Positions 1 to 9,843 of a stretch of 64,000 nt of DNA are shown piece by piece. This DNA comes from a virus. Lineage: Duplodnaviria > Caudoviricetes. The position numbers and the translations under genes are program-made. Every line of letters begins with the position of its first letter. Position 1 is the stretch's first letter. Below the pieces are notes generated by a model. The model was not told where the DNA came from. It worked only from the letters and a program-made list of their open reading frames with translations, and searched no databases. Location of the stretch: IMG/VR virus record IMGVR_UViG_3300037424_000434, positions 64,001-128,000 of that record; one strand, given 5' to 3'.

Positions 1-61
1 CAAAGAATTGTTCGTTTTATGAAAACGAATATCAAATATAATACTCCAAAGGAAACTATCC

Positions 62-262
62 ATGACCGAAAATGAAAAAATTCCCCTATCTGATAAAGTA
101 CATTACAATTGGCCAAAATCATCAACACACTGTATCGAATATGACATGTATGTCGATAGAGAACGTATGATGTCCGAATTATTAGCTCACCCAAAATCCG
201 TCACAAGAAACAAAGCCATTAATGTGCTCAAGGAAATTATCGAAAGATATGATAATCAATGA
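62..262 (+). CDS. Hypothetical protein
   Basis: ATG ORF of 66 aa on the same strand as its neighbours; no recognised motif. Confidence 0.5.
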   Translation: MTENEKIPLSDKVHYNWPKSSTHCIEYDMYVDRERMMSELLAHPKSVTRNKAINVLKEIIERYDNQ

Positions 263-456
263 TAATAACATCGATCCCCTCTGTCCACTCTCACCACGAC
301 TTGATTAATATGTTCAAAGAAAACCCCAATAAATCCAAGTAGTTAAATGTGCGTTTATGGAATCACTATAGGTCGAACTAATAGTTATACTCACGTCTTC
401 TATATATGTAGATAACTCCCATCACCATTCAAAAGACTTATGAGAATATAAGTCTT

Positions 457-747
457 TTGAACTTGACAATGACTTGTTTGTGTTGTAGAATAATACCATA
501 CACTCTTGCCCAAGGAGATATCCCTATGACGCACTGTGACCCCGAGACCTTCCTCGAAAGATCTCTGAAATGCCAAGAACTCGAATTCCATGCCAATAGA
601 TTACCAAAACTTCATGAGAATTTCTCCGGCTGGATCAATATGTACTGGGTTGAAGGCGTTGTTGTCGAAGTCTACTACGCCGGTTGGAACTCCTATGCTA
701 TCATTAAAACTGTAGATAATAATTTCTTCAAATATTATCCTATATGA
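457..747 (+). CDS. Hypothetical protein (start uncertain)
   Basis: 96-aa ORF; GGAG before internal ATG (MTHCDPE) suggests a later start. Confidence 0.45.
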   Translation: MNLTMTCLCCRIIPYTLAQGDIPMTHCDPETFLERSLKCQELEFHANRLPKLHENFSGWINMYWVEGVVVEVYYAGWNSYAIIKTVDNNFFKYYPI

Positions 748-795
748 AATCAAAAAATCAATTCGATAATATCCTCTTCTCAGTGGAATAATACC

Positions 796-1086
796 ATGAA
801 TACTGTTGATGAACATTTTACTAGATCCTCTATCTATAAAAATACCCCTCTGCCCCCCAATTCAAACCTCTTACTTGTGAAAATATTAATGGGTGAATCC
901 TATAACTATTCCAAACATGTGATCGGTGAAATTTGTGTTGTTACGCCTGCGCGAGATACTGTCTATTATCGTTTTGTTGATTCACATACTCTTACCCCAC
1001 TCAATGCATATGTTCATATATCTCACTGCAATATTATCCCACAAATTATCGCCTCTCTTCTCCCCGATGATTTATTCATCTTGTAA
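796..1086 (+). CDS. Small protein with C-terminal LPDDLFIL tail
   Basis: Ends in the family motif shared with several other ORFs in this window. Confidence 0.65.
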   Translation: MNTVDEHFTRSSIYKNTPLPPNSNLLLVKILMGESYNYSKHVIGEICVVTPARDTVYYRFVDSHTLTPLNAYVHISHCNIIPQIIASLLPDDLFIL

Positions 1087-1090
1087 TTAT

Positions 1091-1098
1091 TATAAATA
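1091..1098 (+). promoter_or_regulatory. T4-type late promoter TATAAATA
   Basis: Exact consensus 38 nt upstream of ORF 1136. The same octamer occurs at 2522, 4975, 34435, 35991, 36485, 44641 (+) and 23130, 29323, 30824 (-). Confidence 0.75.
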
Positions 1099-1135
1099 TA
1101 CATGTACTTAACCTCAATCTATTCACAGGTCTTTT

Positions 1136-1594
1136 ATGAAATTTAAACAATTTATTAATGAAAAATATCTTACCACCTTCTCCAATGCCGGAAATAACAT
1201 CGAAGTCTTCCTTAACCCCTCATCCAAAGAACTTAGAGATATTCCCTCCTTCCCCGCATATAGATTCTTGATCAATTTCAAAACTAAAGAATTCTATGCT
1301 TGGCATGTCAACACCTTCCACGATAACATTATGGACTTTGTCTCTTCCAAAAATCTTGCAAAATTTCCCAAGTTTAAAGAATATTGGTATGGTCACAAAA
1401 ATAATGACTACATCTTTACTGGTTCTGTTGACCCGGATGGCTCCGTTTACTCTGATCATATGTATACTCTGAAAAAAGATGGCGATAACCTCAAATTACT
1501 TAAACATGACTTCTCTTGGCTTAAACACTTCATTAATATCAACAAACTTAAAGATCTACTCCTTGCTGATGATATACATATTGTCGATGATTAA
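1136..1594 (+). CDS. Putative capsid-internal protein, paralogue family A
   Basis: N-terminus MKFKQFINE, late promoter upstream, core VFLNPSSKELRDIPSFPAYRFLINFKTKEFYAWHV shared with 2666..3118. Confidence 0.7.
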   Translation: MKFKQFINEKYLTTFSNAGNNIEVFLNPSSKELRDIPSFPAYRFLINFKTKEFYAWHVNTFHDNIMDFVSSKNLAKFPKFKEYWYGHKNNDYIFTGSVDPDGSVYSDHMYTLKKDGDNLKLLKHDFSWLKHFININKLKDLLLADDIHIVDD

Positions 1595-1755
1595 ATAATA
1601 CACTATTTTTTTATCTCTTATTCCTTTACTTTTCATACCCAATATGATATCCTCTTAGTAATCAATAGGAAACTTTCCTTTTTACACCACTAAAAAGCTT
1701 TGTATGAGAACCTTCGAACTGATCATTAAACCATTTACCCTAATAGAGAAACAAC

Positions 1756-2034
1756 ATGAAATATTCATTCAATATTGATGATAAAGTCAAACTGACTACC
1801 ATACAATATCATGACTCTGAATATAACCCTATATGGAACGGCATTCATGGCCAAATTGAGGGAACAATATCTGAAATCTATGAGTTTGTCTGCGGCATTA
1901 GGTATAGAGTTTTATGGGATAATAACATTGCCAATTCATATTATGCAGAAGACTTGTCTCTCATTAAACCTGTCAATATATTACTCTTTAATCCTGTCAA
2001 TATGTTACTGAATGAAGATCTATTCACTTTATAA
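1756..2034 (+). CDS. KOW/SH3-like small protein with LNEDLFTL tail
   Basis: FNIDDKVKL...G(T)I...RVLWDN...SY pattern resembles a KOW/SH3 barrel; family tail motif. Confidence 0.7.
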   Translation: MKYSFNIDDKVKLTTIQYHDSEYNPIWNGIHGQIEGTISEIYEFVCGIRYRVLWDNNIANSYYAEDLSLIKPVNILLFNPVNMLLNEDLFTL

Positions 2035-2186
2035 AATATATTTAAAATAGTGGGGCAAAATGCCCCACTAGTTCCTTTACATGTCCCATAATATATGTTA
2101 CCCTATATATACTCTTGCTCTGTAAAAGATAAAACAGTAAATAATGTTTTTTAATATTCACTCTTTAACAAAAGGCTCTATTCCAT

Positions 2187-2471
2187 ATGAATTTTAATAT
2201 AGGCGATAAAGTGGTATTATCCAAAGATGTCCTAGATGAAATATATTCACCGGGTTGCGATTATATCGAGGAATTCGTTGCTCATGTCAAATCTCAAGAA
2301 CATCCCATTTATACTATCACGGGGTTTGATGGTGGCATGTATCGTACCGATGCCAAACGTTCCATTCTCTTCTCCATTACCTTGTTTTGGCTATTTCATG
2401 AACACGAAATTGTTCATGTGTCGAAATATTTTGACACGGTTCATCTCCCGGATCATCTGTTTACTTTATAA
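2187..2471 (+). CDS. KOW/SH3-like small protein with LPDHLFTL tail
   Basis: FNIGDKVVL start; family tail motif. Confidence 0.7.
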   Translation: MNFNIGDKVVLSKDVLDEIYSPGCDYIEEFVAHVKSQEHPIYTITGFDGGMYRTDAKRSILFSITLFWLFHEHEIVHVSKYFDTVHLPDHLFTL

Positions 2472-2665
2472 TTCCTATGTATCAATATGGTACCATTACT
2501 TCTCCCTTCATATATTCTTTATATAAATACAAGTAACATAAATAAACTATATACACCAAAAAATATAAATGCTCTATTATCTCAAGGTTGGATATGGACT
2601 GATAACTATCTTGTTACTAAAACTATACTAAAAAATAATCAAAATAATCAAAACAAAGGCTTAAT

Positions 2666-3118
2666 ATGAGACTATATAACTATCTATATGAACGGTACCT
2701 AACATCTGTTGAAACTAACCACAATATGGAAATATTCCTTAATCCATCTGCGGAAGAATTAAGAAGTATACCCTCCTTCCCAGAGTATAGATTCTTAATC
2801 AATTTTAAAACTAAAGAATTCTATGCTTGGCATGTCCAAATGTTCCATGTATCTGCTATGGATTGGATACGACATGAACATCTCTCCTTATTGCCAGACT
2901 TTAATCAATACTGGAATGGTAAAAATAATGACTTTTTGTTCACTGGTTCTGTTGATCCAGATAAAACAATACACTCTGATCTCATAACTAGTGTTATAGA
3001 AAATGGCGATAATCTCAAATTACTTAAATTTGACTTCAAATGGATGAAACAATATATCGATATTAAAGAACTCGAATATCTATTGCTACATGGTGATAAA
3101 AAGAAAAAATGGCGATAA
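2666..3118 (+). CDS. Putative capsid-internal protein, paralogue family A
   Basis: N-terminus MRLYNYLYE; clear paralogue of 1136..1594; TATAAATA at 2522. Confidence 0.7.
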   Translation: MRLYNYLYERYLTSVETNHNMEIFLNPSAEELRSIPSFPEYRFLINFKTKEFYAWHVQMFHVSAMDWIRHEHLSLLPDFNQYWNGKNNDFLFTGSVDPDKTIHSDLITSVIENGDNLKLLKFDFKWMKQYIDIKELEYLLLHGDKKKKWR

Positions 3119-3174
3119 TCCCTTGTCTCTACCCCCCTTTTATGTTATCATTGTCTTTAATATAAACTATTTAC

Positions 3175-3450
3175 ATGGAGATTCCTTTGGATAACATATT
3201 CATAATAGGTGATAGAGTCATTCTTACTTCTAATACATATCCCGATAAAATTTCCAATCCCAGATGGAATGGATATTTTGGCCAAATTATTGGATCTGTA
3301 ACTCACTCTTTTACTCCAAGTATTAATGTTCTTACCGTTTTTGTTGAATGGGATAATGGAGCACATAACTCATATTATCCCTTTGACTTGTCTCTATATC
3401 AAAATATGTCCCCACCTATTCAGTTCCCTGAGGATCTATTCATTTTATAA
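3175..3450 (+). CDS. KOW/SH3-like small protein with FPEDLFIL tail
   Basis: IGDRVIL...NPRWNG...VEWDNGAHNSY; paralogue of 1756..2034. Confidence 0.7.
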   Translation: MEIPLDNIFIIGDRVILTSNTYPDKISNPRWNGYFGQIIGSVTHSFTPSINVLTVFVEWDNGAHNSYYPFDLSLYQNMSPPIQFPEDLFIL

Positions 3451-3915
3451 ACCCTTATTTGAAAATAATATATTCTACCTATTCCTTCTCTAGTCTACGG
3501 AACAATATTGCCCCATGTCAAAAAGTCTGTCTATACCCCCCCCCCACCTAAACCCTTTCTAATATGTCTAACTTATTAATATCATTAGAAAAATATCACA
3601 CTACATATGATATAAAATAATGGGGCATTTTGCCCCTATTCAATGAAGGTATCTATTCCTCTCCCACTCCTATGTACTCTTTGTTTATATATAACTAATA
3701 TTGTTGTATTATTTCCTGATGCCAATAAATTCTTTGATACCAAAGAATAAAATATCTGTTTTTTAATGATGATTTTATAATTCCTTTGATACCAAGGGGA
3801 AACAGTGTGTCAACTGTTATAAAGTTAAACGATCCCATCGAGTCCGAGTCATTTTGAAAAATATTTTTCTCTCAACCCTACATTTAAAACTAGACATTCA
3901 ATTTTTCATATACAC

Positions 3916-3981
3916 TGATATTTACTGGGTCAAGTGAGGTTTTGCACCTAGGCCGGATACAACTTTTAACCATATCTGGTA
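3916..3981 (+). repeat. 66-bp perfect direct repeat, copy 1
   Basis: TGATATTTACTGGGTCAAGTGAGGTTTTGCACCTAGGCCGGATACAACTTTTAACCATATCTGGTA, identical to 4882..4947. Confidence 0.95.
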
Positions 3982-4262
3982 TATTCATATCATTAAAAAT
4001 CTAGAAAATGGAGGTAAAAATATACCATGAATGGTTGATATCATTAGAAATTATCTTAATGAAAGTATAAATTAATGAAAGGAAAGAGGGGTTAAGTGAG
4101 GTTTTCCCCTAGGGAAAGTATGATACATATATGGTATATTATAACATAGAAGGTAGAGGAAATATAAATATAGGAGAGAGAGAGAGAGAAAATTAATAGA
4201 AGTTGTGAACCTCGGAAAAGCTGGGGGCAGGAGAATTAATGAATATATAAGGGGGAAAGAGA

Positions 4263-4493
4263 ATGCCACATAGAGAAATGACCAGTATGAGGAAATATTA
4301 TGTATATTGGAAACCGATCTTATCTGAAGAAGATTGGGTAATGATACCAATACCCTTTTATACAACCCTCGAAGAAGCATGGAAACGTGCTAGACGTTGT
4401 AATGAATTATTCCCCCAGAATGAACATGTAGCAAGTTTTGCTAATGAGCCTCCTAGACGCAGCTCCTATCTGGATTTAGATATTTTTGATTAA
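4263..4493 (+). CDS. Hypothetical protein
   Basis: 76-aa ORF with purine-rich leader. Confidence 0.5.
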   Translation: MPHREMTSMRKYYVYWKPILSEEDWVMIPIPFYTTLEEAWKRARRCNELFPQNEHVASFANEPPRRSSYLDLDIFD

Positions 4494-4535
4494 AGATAAA
4501 TACATATAACATTAACACAAGGAGAACATATCCCA

Positions 4536-4703
4536 ATGAAATTCAATGAATATCTTACTGAAGGGTATAATAGAAGAACGGTTGACAAGGCGATCAACAT
4601 GTTTTTTGATATGTTGGATAAAAAGGAAACGTCAAATCAAGACATACAAGATCATATCGAATGGATAGTTGCTGAACTAAAATTACAAGCAAAACATAGA
4701 TAA
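4536..4703 (+). CDS. Putative capsid-internal protein (55 aa, below the ORF-track cutoff)
   Basis: AGGAG RBS; translation MKFNEYLTEGYNRRTVDKAINMFF...QAKHR; GATAAATA upstream. Confidence 0.65.
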   Translation: MKFNEYLTEGYNRRTVDKAINMFFDMLDKKETSNQDIQDHIEWIVAELKLQAKHR

Positions 4704-4727
4704 TAAACATTCTCATAGGTCACTTAT

Positions 4728-4778
4728 AAACCGAATGAAGTATATGTCTTCTCTAAAAGAAACATTCTCATTCGGTTT
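4728..4778 (+). terminator. Long hairpin followed by T-tract
   Basis: AAACCGAATGA/TCATTCGGTTT 11-bp arms downstream of ORF 4536; homologous to 5276..5327. Confidence 0.65.
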
Positions 4779-4881
4779 TTTCTTCTACAACCTCAAATAA
4801 GCTTTCTTAATATCAACCATACACTATATATAGTATGCCCCCCATTCTATCTAATTAATACATATAAAAAAACATATACAT

Positions 4882-4947
4882 TGATATTTACTGGGTCAAG
4901 TGAGGTTTTGCACCTAGGCCGGATACAACTTTTAACCATATCTGGTA
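4882..4947 (+). repeat. 66-bp perfect direct repeat, copy 2
   Basis: Identical to 3916..3981. Confidence 0.95.
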
Positions 4948-5011
4948 AATCTATATCACAGAAAATCGAGAAAATATAAATATACAAGAGAACAGAATAC
5001 AGGAGAACGCA

Positions 5012-5245
5012 ATGATTAATGAAACAGTAGAGAAGTATTTGGTCGAAGGAAATGATCCTACAGGTGATTTCCATGGAACAGCGAGAAATGGTGTGTGGAG
5101 ATATTATGGGATGAATAACCAACAAATAGAATTTAAGTCCATGAATGGGGAACATTACCCAGAGAAGATGACAGCAAAAGAATTGATTGCATTAAAAGGT
5201 AAAGTAAAGAACTGGGAGTATTCCCCTAGAGGAAGTTTGTTCTAA
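5012..5245 (+). CDS. Putative capsid-internal protein
   Basis: AGGAG RBS, TATAAATA at 4975, N-terminus MINETVEKYLVEG. Confidence 0.65.
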   Translation: MINETVEKYLVEGNDPTGDFHGTARNGVWRYYGMNNQQIEFKSMNGEHYPEKMTAKELIALKGKVKNWEYSPRGSLF

Positions 5246-5275
5246 ACAGAACAATCATCTGACAAACAAGACATT

Positions 5276-5327
5276 GACCGAACAGTGTATGTATTCTCCC
5301 TAGAGGAAATACATCATTCATTCGGTC
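5276..5327 (+). terminator. Long nested hairpin followed by T-rich tract
   Basis: GACCGAA/TTCGGTC outer arms, ATGTATT/AATACAT and CTC/GAG inner arms. Confidence 0.6.
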
Positions 5328-5377
5328 TTTTCTTTATCTCACCGAACAAAATTATTTTGATTTGTGTACGATTTTGT

Positions 5378-5411
5378 TTGACTGAGCTGGACGTTGCGTG
5401 GTATAATGGAA
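5378..5411 (+). promoter_or_regulatory. Sigma70-like promoter, left arm of a 34-bp inverted repeat
   Basis: TTGACT-N18-TATAAT with TG extension; reverse complement (2 mismatches) of 5734..5767. Confidence 0.7.
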
Positions 5412-5430
5412 TTGACGACCTAAAATTTTT

Positions 5431-5720
5431 ATACCATATCTTATGTATTATCTATAGTTAGATATTACAATTATAAATCATGCCAAAAGTTATTCACACC
5501 CTATAACACATAACGTCGTATAACGTATATTATGTAAACTAGAGAAAATTAATTTAAATCACAAACCCGCATAAACACTGGGCTAGCGAGGACACATTAT
5601 ATGGTATATAATAATATACATAGCTCATATTGAATATGTTGATATCTTTTGGTGTATTATTAGAGCATTACTCTATATGGTATACTCATGATATGGTATA
5701 TACATACTATATATGGTATC
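5431..5720. repeat. Iteron-like (T/G)ATATGGTAT repeats
   Basis: Copies at 5598, 5674, 5690 and 5710 (+) and 5431 (inverted), all between the two convergent promoters. Confidence 0.7.
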
Positions 5721-5733
5721 AATAATCATTCAC

Positions 5734-5767
5734 TTCCATTATAACACACAACGTCCAGCTCAGTCAA
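5734..5767 (-). promoter_or_regulatory. Sigma70-like promoter, right arm of the 34-bp inverted repeat
   Basis: TTGACTGAGCTGGACGTTGTGTGTTATAATGGAA on the minus strand, converging on the 5378 copy. Confidence 0.7.
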
Positions 5768-6451
5768 TCATTCAATGATTATAATCCTTTAATGTGATAT
5801 CATGCCAACTATGATTAATATATAGTTATAATAATCTCATTAAGAGACTAAAGCTACGCCTTGGGGGCCAATAACATATATGAGAGAAAATACCACAAAA
5901 AACAGAGAAAATGAAGATATTTTGTATATGTGAGCTATGGTATAGACTATCATACAAGGTAATAAGATAATATATACAAGAAGTTGTATGAATATATGCA
6001 AGAAATGGACTAGACATTGAACTAGACATTACATATAGGGTAAAAACGCATCATATAGGGGTGGAAGGGGTGTATAGGGGGTATATCGTTCAAAAACGAA
6101 ACAGAACCCTGTTAATTGAGGACGAATAGGGGTCCCATGTGGTATACTCAATGTATGTCAACTTTTTTGACTTCATCTCTCAAAACTTTTTTTGATACAT
6201 CTAGAACACAAGAGGCATCCACAGGGTTTATAGGTAACCCATACTTTTTAAAAACAGATTAGTGTTCATATATAAAAACGTATTCTAATCTAGGATATTA
6301 AAAAATTTTTTGGGGGGATTTTTTTCATTGAAAACCCTAAAACTTTTTCTGGAAAAACACCAGTTTTTCTAAAAGAATAACCCTATAACTACCCGGAATC
6401 ACTAGGGTTATAGGGTTAAGAAAAAAAAAAGGGGGGGGGGGGGGGGAGGTT

Positions 6452-6943
6452 TTATTTCACCTTAGTCAAGACCCGAAGGTGGAGGCATTGCACGTTATAG
6501 CCGCCCGCGCGAATGGTGTTAATCGTTACGCGCTTTGTACCGGCATTGGTATTCACCTCAAACACGCCGTTGAAGCCGTCATGGGTATGCGTGAATTCTT
6601 CGCTTAAGACTTCGGTAACGCCAGCTTTGTTAAGTTTGGCGGCAATGCTGGCATTGCGTTTATTGGCAATTGCTTTGCAATTTTTGGTTACGAATTCTTC
6701 AATCATTGCGGCGTTACAACCGTTGAAAGCCTTGTACCAAGTCTTACCGCCCGCGATAGCATGAAGTTTGCTGTAATAAGACCATTGGTCGCCGCGCAAA
6801 TTTTGGCCTTCTTCCGACGCTTTGAATTCGCGAATTGCCTGAACCCGACCCTTTGCCCATTCTTGTGAAGCGGTCAAAACTTCGGCATCCATCGGGGCGA
6901 AGACTTCTGCAAGTTTAGTGATAATTTTTGTGGAAGCGGTCAT
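6452..6943 (-). CDS. Conserved phage early protein (AGGYNxQxLHxR C-terminal motif)
   Basis: GGAG RBS before MTASTK; C-terminal TIRAGGYNVQCLHLRVL resembles a widespread phage hypothetical family; visibly higher GC than the flanks. Confidence 0.7.
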   Translation of the reverse strand: MTASTKIITKLAEVFAPMDAEVLTASQEWAKGRVQAIREFKASEEGQNLRGDQWSYYSKLHAIAGGKTWYKAFNGCNAAMIEEFVTKNCKAIANKRNASIAAKLNKAGVTEVLSEEFTHTHDGFNGVFEVNTNAGTKRVTINTIRAGGYNVQCLHLRVLTKVK

Positions 6944-6980
6944 ATTCGTTTCTCCTTCGCTGTATTGTCTCGATAATTGA

Positions 6981-7008
6981 ATTATATCATATAACGAAAC
7001 CATGTCAA
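6981..7008 (-). promoter_or_regulatory. Sigma70-like early promoter
   Basis: TTGACA-N16-TATAAT with TG extension upstream of 6943. Confidence 0.7.
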
Positions 7009-7405
7009 GAACTTTTTAAAGTCGGGCAAAAACCCCACCCGAGTTCTGTTTCTGATTTCACCAATTGTTTATGTGTCATAATTCAAGCATCCACTGGGGA
7101 TATGGGGATATGCGGTTCCAATGAGGCTATATAGAATACCCTTATTTGTGTCACTGGAAAATTTTTCATAAGAATATTTAATATTACCAACAGTCCCCTT
7201 GAGGACAATGCCAGTTAACGAATCAGCCAAAATATGAGCAACAACAAATGAATCGACATTATATTCATATACAGGCAGGTATTTGGTTGGCAGGGTACCA
7301 GAGATCCAGAGGCAGGCGGGACTTTCAAGAAAACAAGCGTTATATGGTTAAATACTTTTTTGACACGAACAAAACTTTTTGAAAGTTTTTATGGAATATC
7401 AACAA

Positions 7406-7774
7406 TTACGTGGGTTTTTTTAATGTTTCCGTGATATGCCTTACGAGGGACCAGCGCAACCTTCCATATACAGTTTGACGACTGAAGGTTTCGCCTTTTC
7501 TAGCGGCGTCACAGAAAGAGATATTGGCTCTTTGAATCCCCGGAAATTTTATTGGATACAAATAGTTGCCTGAAAATTTATCCCAGCTTTGATAGGTACT
7601 ATCAATCATTCTCAAAACACCCCCACACGAGACAATATCAAAATACTTTTCGAGATTTCCGCAAATACCTGTATGGGGATTTGGAGAGACTTCACCGGAC
7701 AACCATGACTCTAAAATCTTGATCACAAGTGTTTTCTGTTGTATATCGAATATATCAAATGGGGATTTGCTCAT
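7406..7774 (-). CDS. Hypothetical protein
   Basis: 122-aa ATG ORF in the leftward early array. Confidence 0.6.
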   Translation of the reverse strand: MSKSPFDIFDIQQKTLVIKILESWLSGEVSPNPHTGICGNLEKYFDIVSCGGVLRMIDSTYQSWDKFSGNYLYPIKFPGIQRANISFCDAARKGETFSRQTVYGRLRWSLVRHITETLKKPT

Positions 7775-7873
7775 TCGTATTTTTCAGGCTCCCCGCAAAA
7801 TCTGCATTTTCGTTGTCCATGTGGGTCGAACTGGTTCTCAAAAAAGTGTCCGTATACCCAACATAATTTAGCT

Positions 7874-8101
7874 CTAGCCCTGCTCCATTTGCTTGCCATC
7901 CCTATCTCCTTTGTCCGCCGCCAGCATTGACCTATTGGTTGTCTTATTGGGATCATCAGGGTGATAGTTATCATACCCGTGCCGCAAAATTTTACCGATG
8001 ATTTGTTGGGCTTCGCCCAACTCTTCGAGAAGGTGCGCCAGCCGCTCTGTTTCTGCTGGCGTCAATTTGTTGTAATGATCCATTTTGCTTCCTTTCGTCA
8101 T
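7874..8101 (-). CDS. MazG-like nucleotide pyrophosphohydrolase, probably C-terminally truncated
   Basis: ERLAHLLEELGEAQQIIGKILRHG matches the phage MazG-like EExxE helix; a second acidic motif is not seen. Confidence 0.5.
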   Translation of the reverse strand: MTKGSKMDHYNKLTPAETERLAHLLEELGEAQQIIGKILRHGYDNYHPDDPNKTTNRSMLAADKGDRDGKQMEQG

Positions 8102-8337
8102 TTATTTAATACGAAGTTCTTCTTCCAGTAGACAGAACTGATGCTGAATTTGGTTGAAGTCCTCTGCAACATAAGCCATAAACTGGCCAGCGTGTTCACG
8201 CTGCTTGTTCTCAGCAACCATCCCCTCGCGGGTGGTGATCAACGCTTCAAATTTACAACGGAACATCAATTCTTGACGAGCGGCCTTCAACTCTTTTTCT
8301 TTTTGAAATTCAACCAGTGCCAATTCTTTTTAAGCAT
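8102..8337 (-). pseudogene. Early gene with a -1 A in its 5' A-run relative to paralogue 9610..9843
   Basis: Leader and first codons match 9819..9862 but with A5 instead of A6; restoring one A gives MLKKELALVEFQKEK. Confidence 0.55.
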
Positions 8338-8389
8338 GACTTTCTCCTATTGGTTGTGAGAGCAAGCTCTCTCGGTATCCTTTAACTAA

Positions 8390-8418
8390 AGCATACATCA
8401 ATATAAATTTAATGTCAA
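8390..8418 (-). promoter_or_regulatory. Sigma70-like early promoter
   Basis: TTGACA-N17-TATGCT. Confidence 0.7.
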
Positions 8419-8476
8419 CAAAAAATAAGAGGTTCGTCGTCCATGTTGTTTTCCCGGTGTATCAGGCTCAGTTATC

Positions 8477-8833
8477 TCAATCATTTATTTCTTGCCCATG
8501 TTCGCAGAATCTGCATGGGAACTCGTTGGTTTCTGTATTGTTATGTTTGCAGTCAATACATTGCCCCCATATCCCCTCGTCATAGGAACCCTCATTATGG
8601 AAACCAAACGGTTCGTGTCTATTTTTGTATTTAATTCTATGGTGACAACAGGGGCATTCTCTATATTGAGTTGTTTGTGGGGAGACACTGGATGTCATTG
8701 CGGTGATAGCGGCATCGGCCACAAGGGCATAGTCCTGCCATCGTTTTTCGTTGCCCCTAGCATCACCAGCGGTATCTGGTGATTCGTCACAGGCAATACA
8801 TATCGCTCTCGCCACGGCTTCTCTTGTTTCCAT
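8477..8833 (-). CDS. Hypothetical Zn-ribbon protein
   Basis: Start METREA; CPCC, CIDC and CRFC motifs. Confidence 0.55.
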   Translation of the reverse strand: METREAVARAICIACDESPDTAGDARGNEKRWQDYALVADAAITAMTSSVSPQTTQYRECPCCHHRIKYKNRHEPFGFHNEGSYDEGIWGQCIDCKHNNTETNEFPCRFCEHGQEIND

Positions 8834-8844
8834 TTTTCTCTCCT

Positions 8845-9126
8845 TTACATATAAGTAACAGTGGTTACTGTGCATCCGGGGAACATTTTCCTTGCAATCT
8901 TTTCAGCTTTTTTGTGGTTACATTTTTCTTTTGCGCCGTTTTTAATTTCAATCGTTATCACTTCGATATGTGATTGAACCCAATAACCATCATTCCCCCG
9001 GTAATTTAATTTGACTTCGTATGATTCACGGAGAACAATTTCTTTATGTTTTTTCATTATGGGTATATCAGTGCTCCTCTTGTGTCGGTCTATATAGCAA
9101 CTTAAAATATTGTTGAGCTTTTTCAA
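8845..9126 (-). CDS. Hypothetical protein
   Basis: ORF in the leftward array. Confidence 0.5.
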   Translation of the reverse strand: MKKLNNILSCYIDRHKRSTDIPIMKKHKEIVLRESYEVKLNYRGNDGYWVQSHIEVITIEIKNGAKEKCNHKKAEKIARKMFPGCTVTTVTYM

Positions 9127-9141
9127 GTGCTTTTAATACGG

Positions 9142-9306
9142 TCATAATTCCTTATGATTTACCGTAAAAGTAATATCTTCGAGAAATTTTTTGAATTCGG
9201 GATTGGTGAAATATTCGCGGCAAATTTCTATATTTGCTATCTGGTCCGCATTTTTCGAATTTTTTATTGCGTTGTTAAAAATTTCTTTTGCTTGTTCTGT
9301 TGTCAT
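9142..9306 (-). CDS. Small hypothetical protein (54 aa)
   Basis: GGTGAG RBS; MTTEQAKEIFNNAIKNSKNADQIANIEICREYFTNPEFK. Confidence 0.5.
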   Translation of the reverse strand: MTTEQAKEIFNNAIKNSKNADQIANIEICREYFTNPEFKKFLEDITFTVNHKEL

Positions 9307-9609
9307 GATTCTCACCTATTTTATGGGGGCAATGTTATATGATTTCGTTGTCTGCGATAAATTCCGATCCGCAAGGGGTCCATAGAAGGTCGTCCAAGTT
9401 GTTATAGTCAATCACAACAGAACCTGTCAAGCAACTATCGCAAACCCAATTCCTCAATTCCTCAACCAGTTCCACCTCGCTATCGAATCTCTTCGACCAT
9501 CCGGGGTTGGAGCATTTATGCAAACATAGTCTTTCCACTGAACCTCCAAAACACAACAATTACTTCTGTGGGATTGTTGACCGTTCAACCAATCCTTTAC
9601 ATGGTTATT

Positions 9610-9843
9610 CTAACTTCTGTGCAAATTTCCGTGCAACCCACAGTGATCAGCCCAGCAAGTGCAACAGCCATTACTTTGAGCGACCTTCAACGCTTTTTCG
9701 TGAAATTCAACCAGCTCCAGTTTTCCTCTTTTGAGGAGAGCGATATATTCACCGTGACCTCGTTCTGCGAGTGCTACGGCTTGGCTACGGCTCAGGTGGT
9801 TCATCACAGTAAAGATATCCAGTGCCAATTCTTTTTTAAGCAT
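9610..9843 (-). CDS. Early hypothetical protein (MLKKELAL cassette)
   Basis: AGGAG RBS; promoter TTGACA-N17-TATAGT at 9893..9921. Confidence 0.65.
   Translation of the reverse strand: MLKKELALDIFTVMNHLSRSQAVALAERGHGEYIALLKRGKLELVEFHEKALKVAQSNGCCTCWADHCGLHGNLHRS

Noticed and set aside
6421-6446. A10-G16 homopolymer (and C10 at 3536..3545) as a functional element or terminal inverted repeat
   Set aside because: The flanks of the two tracts are not complementary, and homopolymer lengths are unreliable without reads.
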